Origin: Azolla caroliniana
Lineage: Eukaryota > Plantae > Polypodiophyta
Reading direction: 5' to 3'
NCBI GenBank assembly: GCA_043228905.1
Contig: JBHGNT010000738.1
Location: 1-16,552 of the forward strand
DNA length: 16,552 bases
Part shown: positions 1-9,829 of the stretch, one piece after another
Layout: each line of letters opens with the position of its first letter
Position numbering within the stretch: the stretch's first letter is position 1
Notes under the pieces: generated by a model
Seen by the model: the letters and a program-made list of their open reading frames with translations, nothing else
What the model was told of the DNA's origin: nothing
Database searches by the model: none
Made by a program: the position numbers and the translations under genes

Positions 1-289
1 ATCTTCTTCAGGAAGAGCACCAGCTGAGGCGAGAGTTGGAATAGCTGCTCCCGCATGGCTTGCACCTTATCTTCACGGATGGGCAGCAATATGACAGTGG
101 TCGGAAGCTCATCCTCGCTCATGTTCAGAAACTCGGCAAGCTCTGGATTTGTGGGGTGATCTGCCCACTCCGGCACAATGAAGCCCAGCTCCGAAGTCTG
201 TGTGGGGGCATCGTGAAACCGGATGCGATACCCATTGCTGATCACCACTGGGTGGCGCGTTATCAGAAAGACGCTCTTGAATCCGATGC
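1..289 (-). CDS. Sacsin/NO VEIN-like HATPase (GHKL) protein, coding exon 3 (runs off window edge)
   Basis: Acceptor tctgtcag|GC at 290-291. Manual translation is open to base 1: (G)IGFKSVFLITRHPVVISNGYRIRFHDAPTQTSELGFIVPEWADHPTNPELAEFLNMSEDELPTTVILLPIREDKVQAMREQLFQLSPQLVLFLKK. GIGFKSVF is the glycine-rich ATP-lid motif of plant sacsin/NOV-like proteins. This frame is not in the ORF track. Confidence 0.9.
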
Positions 290-567
290 CTGACAGACCA
301 TACCAAACAACATTGCCTGATCAATCCTGCTGCATTAAACAACGCCATATATACATACCCTCATTGATCATATACATTATTTCTAAAACATCACGTCAAA
401 AACTGTTCAATCCACTCATATTATACATAGACTCTACTCTCAATCCATGCCTATTTTCCTTCTCGGGTATTAAGAAAAAACATAAATACAGTTGTCATTG
501 AGATTATACCGCACACGATAAGATGGTGCTGTGAGCATGACTATTAGTAGAAATAGCAGAATTATAC

Positions 568-781
568 CTTTCTCCCCGATGTAGCCATGGCTGTCTCGCT
601 TGCCCTTCTTTGTAGACAGTCCGACACTGCAGAGACTCTCCACATTGGCTCTCGAGAACCCTACTTCATTATTCAGCACGGCGAGTGTCCACTCCATCCC
701 TACACCCAAAACGTCGGCTTCCACAAGAACGAACTCCATCTTGGGCACCACTCCGTCCCCATACATATTGTCATCCGCATT
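568..781 (-). CDS. Sacsin/NO VEIN-like HATPase protein, coding exon 2
   Basis: Acceptor ttgacag| at 782-783 and donor G|gtataa at 566-567. 214 nt encoding NADDNMYGDGVVPKMEFVLV...LNNEVGFSRANVESLCSVGLSTKKGKRDSHGYIGEK(G). The phase-1 end matches exon 3. Confidence 0.92.
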
Positions 782-830
782 CTGTCAAAGACCAGCAATA
801 TACATCTTGTTTCTCGAATCAAAACCAGCA

Positions 831-853
831 TATATATATATATATATATATAT
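831..853. repeat. (TA)n microsatellite in intron 1 of the NOV-like gene
   Basis: Directly visible. Similar TA tracts occur at ~1383-1397 and ~6835-6863. Confidence 0.9.
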
Positions 854-1028
854 GCAGAGACGTAGAGTACCATTATAATTAGCATGGCTCGAGATAGGAG
901 AATAGGACAATTGTATTGGGATGCATTCAGATGTGCATGAATAAGAAAAGAACTTAATGATGTGCCATGATAAATATACATTGAGGGTCAACGATATGTC
1001 ATTGAGAGAGGCAGAGAAGATTTAATAC

Positions 1029-1204
1029 CTGTACGAGCTCCATCAGAAAATGGATATCCTTCTGATAAAGCTCCGCTGCGAGATGGCGGATGGATTCATG
1101 CATATCCCGAGCCAATGGATTCTTCATCCATCCACTCCAATTCCGAACTTGTTGGCCCTTAGTTCCTCCACAATCATGCGTGGGTCTGCTTCTTCTTTTT
1201 CCAT
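1029..1204 (-). CDS. Sacsin/NO VEIN-like HATPase protein, coding exon 1 (apparent frameshift at ~1124-1130)
   Basis: 1127->1029 reads MKNPLARDMHESIRHLAAELYQKDIHFLMELVQ|gt (donor 1027-1028) and joins exon 2 to form the N-box ELVQNADDN. The upstream part MEKEEADPRMIVEELRANKFGIGVDG (ATG 1204, alternative ATG 1300) is in another frame and ends in TGA at 1124-1126. The start codon is uncertain. Confidence 0.8.
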
Positions 1205-2182
1205 GGGGATGTCAGAAAAAATAGGCTGCAATGAATAGTTAGCCTGGATTGAATGGTCAAGAGAACTACAAGGACTTTCAAGAGAATGTTCTTTTTCCAT
1301 TGGGATGTCAGAAGAACTAATCTTGGAACTTTTAAGGAAATGCCACTTGACGCGAGCGACAGAGCTCACAATGCATATATGATATATATATATATATAAA
1401 GCTTTCTTTATCTCACTTTGAGTTGTGCTTGTATCACTCCACGGTTGAATATCAGAAGCCCCCGCAATTTACAAGTCCTTATATAAAGGTTTCAATGTCT
1501 GTAATGGACCCTTTTTTTCCATGATGAAAGGTGGTGGTGCTCAATATCATGGGCCTTAATCTTTCTAAAAGATATGGATTATCAACAAGCCGGTGTTCAA
1601 TGCTATGGTCTTTACTGTTTCTAATATATACATACATCATCCACACTGCCAAGTGATGGCAAATGACAATCTATGATGATTAGAGGATGCAATATTAACT
1701 ACATGGGAGGTGCTAGGATAAATAAGGGATCTTTTATGTAATGAGACTTTTGCTTAGAAGAGATCTTTGGATATAAAGGCTATGTGATGCATGCCCTTAA
1801 TTAGGGATGTGTATTATGTTGTTGACTCCACCAAAAAGGTTCGTAAGTGGGTTGAGCTTGGTGTCCTCTTGAAAGCATTTGTGTACCATAAGAAACAAAT
1901 GTTTGAAAATTGGATATCCTTGTTGTATGTAGAATGTATGTGTTATAACTTGTAATACAAGAGAACTACAGTTTTTCTTGTGAAGATGGGGAGTTTTCCA
2001 CACGCTTTGTATAATATGTACATACAATGGTTCTTTTATGTACTAGAAATGTGTTTGTTTGTATATATTTTCTCAATGAAGGGTGCTGCTTCTAATGTAA
2101 GTGTTGAGAGTCGTTTTTTGGAAAAAGAAGAAGAAGAAGAAGTGTTGAGAGTAGAACTCATCTTCCCATAATAATAGGTTTC

Positions 2183-2278
2183 ACACTAGCTTATGGTTAT
2201 ACCAAGCTAGTCTTACACTAGCTTATGGTTATACCAAGCTAGTCTTACACTAGCTTATGGTTATACCAAGCTAGTCTT
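2183..2278 (+). repeat. Perfect tandem repeat, 3 x 32 bp, inside the putative LTR
   Basis: Unit ACACTAGCTTATGGTTATACCAAGCTAGTCTT starts at 2183, 2215 and 2247. Each unit is a quasi-palindrome. Confidence 0.95.
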
Positions 2279-2492
2279 GTAAATAGTAGAAAGGGTTATT
2301 TGCCCTAGTTTAGTTGGTATTTAAACCAACCCCTTGTAACTAACTTAGTTATTGTTGGAAGTATTTTTTTTGGTTAATGTAATATACATACTTTTATCTT
2401 TGTCTTAAGCTCTCTCTCTCTTTTGCCTTACGTACACTCACACACAGTCCTTTCGTTGCATCTCAGCCATTCATGCTCCTCATTTCTTTATA

Positions 2493-2504
2493 TGGTATTA
2501 GAGT
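2493..2504 (+). promoter_or_regulatory. Degenerate tRNA-iMet primer-binding site of the copia element
   Basis: TGGTATTAGAGT versus consensus TGGTATCAGAGC, about 105 nt upstream of the gag ATG. Confidence 0.75.
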
Positions 2505-2608
2505 GTGTGGTTGCTTAATCGAATCTATTCAACTACATTGTAGTACACGCTGACGATCAACAGAACCGGCTCATCAACAGAGAAGAAATCGACATAATAA
2601 ACACTCAT

Positions 2609-2884
2609 ATGGGAAGCGCTCTTTTTACCGAGAAGCTTGACAGAACAGATTTCGCATCTTGGGAATACAAGATGCATCAATACCTTGTCGGACAAGTTTA
2701 TTGGAACTACTTTGAAGGAGATCACGAAACTAAACCCAACCCAACACACGTTGACTATCCCGATTCGGAGCAGGCCGCAAGTCGTGTGTTGTATTGCCTT
2801 GCATCATGCGTTCATGATTATACACTTGGCTATATTCGAGATTCGAAAACACCGAAAGAAGCTTGGACAAATAAATGTGGATAA
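2609..2884 (+). pseudogene. gag: Copia gag N-terminal fragment (DUF4219/UBN2-like)
   Basis: MGSALFTEKLDRTDFASWEYKMHQYLVGQVYW...ASRVLYCLASCVHDYTLGYIRDSKTPKEAW fits the copia gag pattern KL-x3-(N/D)F-x2-W...akEAW. Similarity ends after KEAW and a stop follows. Confidence 0.85.
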
Positions 2885-4510
2885 CATAAAAAGTTTCATC
2901 ATTGCAAACCAAAGTTAGTCTTCAACATGAGGCATGATGTTACTTAATATTTCCCACAATACATTTGGAATCAGATGCACAAACATTTAAATGTCACTTT
3001 GATATAATTACCCCTGCATGTCAGATTTGTGGAACTACTTAGACTCGGGTTTGTTTATGCAATTGGATTTATACTAATTTGAATAGTCTCCATGGAAAAA
3101 AGCTGTGAAAGTAAAACAAATCCTGAGTATTAAGGATAACCATAAAAATTCACATTAGAAGAGAGACTAAAGCTTATATATTACCTACCATGGAATTAAG
3201 CAATATATTGGTCAGTGTGAAATTCCATTTCACTGTCAGCTAAAAAACCGGTTTTTACTGCAGCAAAGGTCTGTTCCAGCAAAAATTGTGTTACAAATGG
3301 CACGAGTATCCATCATATTAATAACATACAGGATAACTAACTGCATACAGATAACAATGTAAGCAGCTCTTGTCTGTTACACTTCTACATAACCAACATA
3401 ATTTTATGGCCAGACGTTGTCACTTCTCTTCCACATCACGAAACGCATGCATCGCATATAGCATTACATAAAGAAAGATTACGCATCTGTTTAAAAAATG
3501 CTTTAATTGACACGATCTTTAGCCAAAAACAATAAGGCATGGCAATTCTCAAATACTAATATTTTCATTGCAAACATGAGATACATAATATTTGGTTGGC
3601 TAAATAATTTTAACTGCCAAAACAGAAGACATGACCAGGTACTGTTAAATACGCTCACTACACCCGAATACAGGTACCAGCATGAGGGCAAACTAGATGT
3701 ACATGCTAAGATAACACCAAACCATCAAACATTGTCAATTGGCAAATAATTGCCCCATTATATATGTACAAAAAATGGGGCAATGTTGAGTGAAGCATGG
3801 ATTCCTAAAACAATGTTGAACAATGGTGGAACTTTTGGATGGTGGATTGACTCATTGCATCAGTTATAAGATTGACTGATAATTCTTACTAGTGGGTTTA
3901 CATCTATTTTGAATTGTCTTCTTGCCTTTGAAAAAATGACCGTTTCTGATTCAAATTAGATATTTAAAATTCTTTGATTAAAAGGACTATAGTCCTCCTT
4001 CAAATCGACCACAATGAGACCAATTTGCATTGATCCCCTCCTAACGCAGCGTGCTTGTGAATGACATACAAAAGAATTTGCAATTACTTAGGCAACTACT
4101 TGTCATCCCTCCCTTGCTAATCATGCATGTATCTGTAAAACTAGCTCATGCGAGTTTAAGCTGCAAGTAATAATTGTTCCTTTGCCACCATGATCGGAAG
4201 AGGTTGCAACAATGTTCATGTGTTCAACGTTGCTCCAATGAAAAATTATAAGGATATGCCTCTACCAAAACTTCCACAAAGTCAAATTGAAGAATTTAAC
4301 CATTTTGTTCACAAACAAAACTCATGAAGAACATTAAGGACCTTACAAAGATTGTGAGATGGTGAACTTTGGGATAGATAAAGACTATGAAGCCTAGACA
4401 CCATTTAGCTAATGATGATTGCAGTATATCCCCTACCCTCGGACCCCATTACATCGAGACAATAAATACTCTTTTACTCCACTCTCCATAATCTTAGCCT
4501 TCCATCATTA

Positions 4511-4880
4511 GGGATGTAATATCCAGTTCCTACATTCTATTGGTGAGTGTACCAATAAGAATGCTCATATACAATCGATCAATCTAAGAATTGTACATGG
4601 AAAGTTCATGTTGATAGAGAGCATACATTGATTGGGGATGTAATATCCAGTTCCTACATTCTATTGGTGAGTGTACCAATAAGAATGCTCGTATACAATC
4701 GATCAATCTAAGAATTGTACATGGAAAGTTCATGTTGATAGAGAGCATACATTGATTGGGGATGTAATATCCAGTTCCTACATTCTATTGGTGAGTGTAC
4801 CAATAAGAATGCTCGTATACAATCGATCAATCTAAGAATTGTACATGGAAAGTTCATGTTGATAGATTACATTGATTGGG
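4511..4880 (+). repeat. Near-perfect tandem repeat, ~3 x 124 bp
   Basis: Units starting GGGATGTAATATCCAGTTCC at 4511, 4635 and 4759. Unit 1 differs by one base (ctcAtat vs ctcGtat) and unit 3 has a small deletion near its end. Confidence 0.95.
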
Positions 4881-5896
4881 TCTTGTTCTTCTAAAAGTGA
4901 AATTGGTCATCAAATCACACTTTTCAAAGCTTGTTCTAGCCATTTCTCAATTTGCTTTCAAATGATTGTTTGCATCTAGTGTACCCCGAAAGTGGCAAAT
5001 AATTCCCCCATTATATACAAAAAATGGAAGAGATTGTAAAGGAAGAAGTAACAACCCAATGGGAACCAATTCAGAAGTACATAAGTCAGTACTTCATTTG
5101 TTTTGTGTACACATTTAAATGTCTATCATCCCTATTTTACTATTCTCCATGTGCAAAACATCAAGGGTTAGGGGTTGGATATAGCACCCCATTCACTCCT
5201 AATTTGGATGCAAGAGTAGTCGACTCCAAATAACACAACGTGGGAACATGCAGAAATTTAGTCCACATTCTTTCCCTCTTGCTTTGCATAGGTTCCTTGT
5301 CGGTACCCTCAGGCATGTTCTCTTTCGTTGTTTTCGCAGGTCATGTATGCAGCTCAGCTCCATCTCCCATGAGCATGATGAAGTATGTCATGAAGTGGAT
5401 CTCTTTAGCAGTCCTAACTCAAGGGGCACTGAAATAAGGATGAGCAAGGACTCACTTTGAGCTCTCTTAATACTATAATGGAGAAATATGAAACTTAGTT
5501 GCACTTATCTCTGATCCAATACAACATTCAGTGGAATTTGGAATAGCATTTTTTATTTAAATCACCTGTTAGTTTTTAAATGATGATAAAGATTCCTTCA
5601 AATTTTGAGATATTTAAGCAGTAAACCCTTCATATAGTGGCAAATTCATAGAGAAAAATAAAATTTTCAAACGTGCAATGACCACAGTTAGCATGACCCC
5701 TCCACAATGTCAGCTCTCTTATCTCAAGCATCAGGTTCTGGAACAAAATGATGGCCTCAGTAAACGAATCAAAATTAATATTGAATATACAAAGTTGTAC
5801 TGGTATTAATTTACTTACAGAAACAACATAGCTGAGACTATATGAATGATATATGTTCCACCATTGATTTACAACTATCAATCCAACTCTTTGTTA

Positions 5897-6121
5897 TTAT
5901 TTACCTATACAAGCCTTCATCCATGAAGCAACCTCATCCACCAATGTCTCTATATCCTCGATGATTTGTTGCCGTAAGCCTGAAGCTGTCATATCTCCAG
6001 TAAAAGACTGGCCAACATCTTTAGCTACTGTTTCCCAAGGAGTTCCAGCTGCTAAAGTAGCGAGAATTTCACTTCCTCTTGAGACAGCTTCAGCCATTGG
6101 GGGTGGCACAACTGGTAGAAC
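5897..6121 (-). CDS. DUF1350 hydrolase exon 10 (terminal)
   Basis: Acceptor ggtgaag| (AAG). Encodes VLPVVPPPMAEAVSRGSEILATLAAGTPWETVAKDVG...VASWMKACIGK*, TAA at 5897-5899. Confidence 0.9.
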   Translation of the reverse strand, partial: VLPVVPPPMAEAVSRGSEILATLAAGTPWETVAKDVGQSFTGDMTASGLRQQIIEDIETLVDEVASWMKACIGK

Positions 6122-6249
6122 CTTCACCAACGAAAGCAATATATTCAATATTAATGTCCTTAAGAGTCATCACATTCTTCTTCACATGTAATGCTGAACC
6201 ATGTGATCACCATAAAAAAGTTTTTTGAAACATGAACACATTGTGGCAC

Positions 6250-6420
6250 CTGTTGTAGAGGCCTTGTATGATCCCCTGGTAAGGTTCGAATGGACATATC
6301 GAGGGAGGAGCTGACTCCAGACTCAAAGCTAAGGGTCTGGGCTAGTAGGGCTGTCTCATCAATTTCATCATTCTGGAATTTTATTAAGAGATTCTTACGG
6401 ACACCATAATACGATTTTAT
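6250..6420 (-). CDS. DUF1350 hydrolase exon 9
   Basis: ctgcag|IKSYYGVRKNLLIKFQNDEIDETALLAQTLSFESGVSSSLDMSIRTLPGDHTRPLQQ|gt. Carries the candidate catalytic Asp and His. Confidence 0.93.
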
Positions 6421-7075
6421 CTGCAGAAAGGCATAGATTGCAAATATGTCAATCATAAACAATGTGGATGCACTGGAAACAAGATTTCCAATATTTACAT
6501 GCACTTCCATTGATTCTTATGATTTGTCTCATAGGCCAAAATTGGCCTCCAATAACAATATATATTTCCCTCTCAATCAATAGTTTGCTTCAGGATTTCG
6601 ATCATGATGGTGAGGTTCTTCCTCAATTTCTTCATCTCTCGAGGATGTGGATTCCATGATAGCTGTGTACGTGCGTTTACACAGAATAGTTCCCTACTTA
6701 TAAATTTAAGCTTTTTTTCTTGAACCTTTGGATCCTTAAAAGCATCGTAAGGTCTTCTTTACCTTTACAAGTTCTACTTTAACAAACAAACAGACAGCAT
6801 GACAGACAGACTTATGTTAACAGGAAATGGATATGATATATATGTATGTATATATATATATATGGTTAAAGCCCTGAACGATTATGGGGATTGACGATTG
6901 CAATCATTACAGAAAACTCCTTCGTATAGCTATCAGTATTGAGTGAAAAGAGCACCACAACCACCTCTATGATTCCATCCTAATAGACTATGGTGATTAA
7001 ATATTGCAAATATCCATTGCAACTCCATAATATAACTAGCATTTAGTAGCCTTGAAATTTTGCAGACTCACTCAC

Positions 7076-7222
7076 CAACTGACGAGTCTCATCAGGTTGA
7101 GGTATAAAATTATCCTTTCCATTCGCAAGATCCAAATATAAAGGTGGAAGCTGCTCTACCAATGGAAGCACTTGCTTCATAAATGGACTCAAATTCTGTA
7201 AGTTTCGTATTGCCATATCTGC
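7076..7222 (-). CDS. DUF1350 hydrolase exon 8
   Basis: atgcag|ADMAIRNLQNLSPFMKQVLPLVEQLPPLYLDLANGKDNFIPQPDETRQL|gtgagt. Confidence 0.93.
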
Positions 7223-7308
7223 CTGCATAATCAAACCTTTAACAATGACGCAGCAATATTTCAATGTTACCAATCATAGATTAGACACTGCAAACACAAT
7301 AAAATTAC

Positions 7309-7416
7309 CCCAAATTTAACAGTGGGTGAGGCCATCAATTGACTGATTAATGGGCCTAGATTTTGAGCCATGGGTACTATCACAGGAGAAAATAGTGGAA
7401 TTGCCTTACTTGCCTC
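7309..7416 (-). CDS. DUF1350 hydrolase exon 7
   Basis: atgcag|EASKAIPLFSPVIVPMAQNLGPLISQLMASPTVKFG|gtaatt. Confidence 0.92.
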
Positions 7417-7730
7417 CTGCATTAATGAAATGTGTAGAATTTTACAAGTTGTTTCGACAATTCAAGAAAATAATAATTAGAGTTGCTTGAAATTCACAAA
7501 TGATAGGCATACATCCTATTTAAATACTTCTATGTAAAGTTCCACAATAATTGGTAATCACAGTAGAACATTGACTGAACAACCCAGTCCTTTTGTAGGT
7601 GGGGATTTACACGTAGCTCAAAATTTACCTGCATGTATACTGCATGGAGATGACCTAATCAAGATATTCATATAAAGGAATATTTTCCAGGTAGACTCTT
7701 AGCAAAATAATGGATGCACGCTTCATTAGA

Positions 7731-7922
7731 AGCCAAAAAACATGATTTTCTTTAGAACAAACAAAACCCTATGATACAATAATAAAGATTGTCTCATTTA
7801 AAAAGGAAAAGTTCAGCTAGAATATATTGGAGCCAAAAAATGTGATTTGTTTTGGATCAAACAGAACTTGTGACATGTTAACAAGATTGTCACACTTAAA
7901 CAAGAAATTTCTCAACTAAAAT
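7731..7922 (+). repeat. Degenerate 100-bp tandem duplication in DUF1350 intron 6
   Basis: AGCCAAAAAA..TGATTT..CAAACA..AAGATTGTC.CA.TTAAA recurs at 7731 and 7831. Confidence 0.75.
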
Positions 7923-8362
7923 GCATTCTAAGAGCTGGTGCTTGTAACTATTTTTACTTCTGTATGCCCAAAACACATGATCGTTCTGACTTGGTATGGT
8001 ACAGGCTAATAATACCTGTCAGAAACAGTCAGCATCACCACACGACACATGACAGTACCTTGAAAAGTCTTAGCATGCAGGGGAAAGAATTTGAGATTCA
8101 AAAAATGTTCAAATTTTGGTCCTATGCAGACTCTTTCAATGTATTTGCAACAGCCTCATTAATCTATCCAACATCGTCGTCATATATATTCATTGTAACT
8201 GATGACAAAACGATATTCAAATGAATATTTACTCATGTTAAGGAGAGAAAATTTTATTTATTCTTACAGCACTAGGGTATGATCATAAAGACATTTACTT
8301 GAAACAACACATATTAGTGTGATGAAAGAAAACAAAAGATCTTGTATAAAACATTCGTCAAC

Positions 8363-8418
8363 CTTATTATTGAAAGACATGAGCACGTTTCCGGTGCGTT
8401 GAACAGCATACCTTGCCC
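8363..8418 (-). CDS. DUF1350 hydrolase exon 6
   Basis: tttcag|(G)ARYAVQRTGNVLMSFNNK|gttgac. Confidence 0.9.
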
Positions 8419-9252
8419 CTGAAAGCCATTAACAAAAGGAATTAAACCTGTATTAAGTGAGAAATAAGCATTTCTAATTTTGAAGGTCTACAAACCTGTA
8501 TAGGATTTCTACACCCCCCCCCCCCCAAAACAACCCCATGTGCTCCCCAAGGACTGAAAGGATCCCACCAAGGCAATGATTTAATGGCTATCTACCGGCC
8601 AAGAACTTGGGAACTTATAAGTTTCATGAACTGGGAAAAGAAAATATTGTCAATTACTAAAAGTCTGGCCAATTTTAGGGTTGAAGTCAATGGATGGTAA
8701 CTACATATATTTCAAAAGATGTGATAAATTGAGTAATTATAAGCCATTATGAATTTCTATATGATCATATTATTTTGCATTAGTTTGCCCCTTTAGAAGT
8801 TAGAATGAAACGCCAAGTCTTAACAATTAACACAGGGAATAGAATGAGTTAAAACAAACCAATGACAGATTTTTTGAAAAGAGGATGCACTGTAACCATT
8901 GGGTTCTGTGCACATAACATTGTAAAGCATCAATATTGACATTCCGTATCCAATATTCTGATACTCTAATCATAGTTCAACTTCAAGATGGAGGTTTAGA
9001 AGTGTAAGGGGTTGAGATTTTAAGGTTAAATTGTACCAAAGATATACACTGAGGACGGATTGTAACTAGGTTGCCAGATGTTCAATTGAGTGTATATATC
9101 TATTTATAAAGTTTTTTGCAAAATTGATAAAGCATCTTCTACCAGAGATATCGCCAAAATATAACATCCCCCCTCTATAATATAGATCATTTATTTCTAA
9201 TCCTCCAATTTTATAGAATATAATGAATACTTAATTACCTTGATCATATTAC

Positions 9253-9316
9253 CTATTAATAGCTGAATAAGAGATCCCATAGAATGACCTAGTCCAAATA
9301 TAGGAATATTTTCAAT
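9253..9316 (-). CDS. DUF1350 hydrolase exon 5 (nucleophile elbow)
   Basis: ttgcag|IENIPIFGLGHSMGSLIQLLI(G)|gtaata, containing the G-x-S-x-G motif. Confidence 0.92.
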
Positions 9317-9493
9317 CTGCAAAGTCATAATATATTAGTGTTAAAAATATCAATGGTCACGTTTGCTGATATCCAGGAGCCCCAACGAGCTAGGTTTCTA
9401 TCACTGCCTTCCAGAATAAAAAAGTATGACATGATTGTCATTATCTGCATTGTAGCAAATTATCTAGCATTTATGTTCAGTGAATACACTCAC

Positions 9494-9605
9494 ATTGTCA
9501 TCTCGGAGAACCCTCATGCAACGGTCAAATTTAAACTGCACTTCATCAGCAATTCGAAGATGATCAAATCCACTGGCAAATGGTGTTGCAACGATAAGAA
9601 AACCC
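9494..9605 (-). CDS. DUF1350 hydrolase exon 4
   Basis: tgccag|(R)GFLIVATPFASGFDHLRIADEVQFKFDRCMRVLRDDN|gtgagt. Confidence 0.93.
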
Positions 9606-9704
9606 CTGGCAATGACGAGTGAATACTAATCCGATGTTAAGAAAAGAATGTTTCTAGTCATGAAATCATTCCTACAATTAAATAGACAAATAAAAGCATC
9701 ATAC

Positions 9705-9829
9705 CTATCTGCAAGCCGTTCAAGAAAGAGTCTGTAAGTTAGCTGTGGTGCAGCACCAACAAACACACCGCCTACAAAATGTACAATTGCAGATGGTATG
9801 CCTACTTGTGGTTTAAGCACCCACACATC
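9705..9829 (-). CDS. DUF1350 hydrolase exon 3
   Basis: gcacag|DVWVLKPQVGIPSAIVHFVGGVFVGAAPQLTYRLFLERLAD(R)|gtatga. Confidence 0.93.

Larger units (their letters stand above)
2102..2870 (+). mobile_element. Truncated Ty1/copia LTR retrotransposon relic (5' LTR, PBS, start of gag)
   Basis: Putative LTR from TGTTG at 2102 (or 2143) to ~2492. PBS-like TGGTATTAGAGT at 2493-2504 differs by two C>T from the tRNA-iMet PBS TGGTATCAGAGC. Gag starts at 2609. No pol or 3' LTR is seen. The left boundary is uncertain. Confidence 0.8.

Noticed and set aside
60-991. Plus-strand ORFs overlapping the NOV-like exons
   Set aside because: They are antisense shadows of real minus-strand exons or run through the TA microsatellite.
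2183-2278. CRISPR-like array (32-bp palindromic repeats)
   Set aside because: The repeats are directly adjacent with no spacers, there are no cas genes, and the context is a eukaryotic LTR.
4981-5060. LINE reverse transcriptase-like peptide (VPRKWQIIPPLYTKNGRDC)
   Set aside because: The resemblance is vague and there is no following NYRPI or later RT motif. BLASTX would be needed.
5375-5432. C/D box snoRNA (ATGATGA ... CTGA)
   Set aside because: There is no terminal stem and I recognise no rRNA-antisense element. The boxes are short enough to occur by chance.
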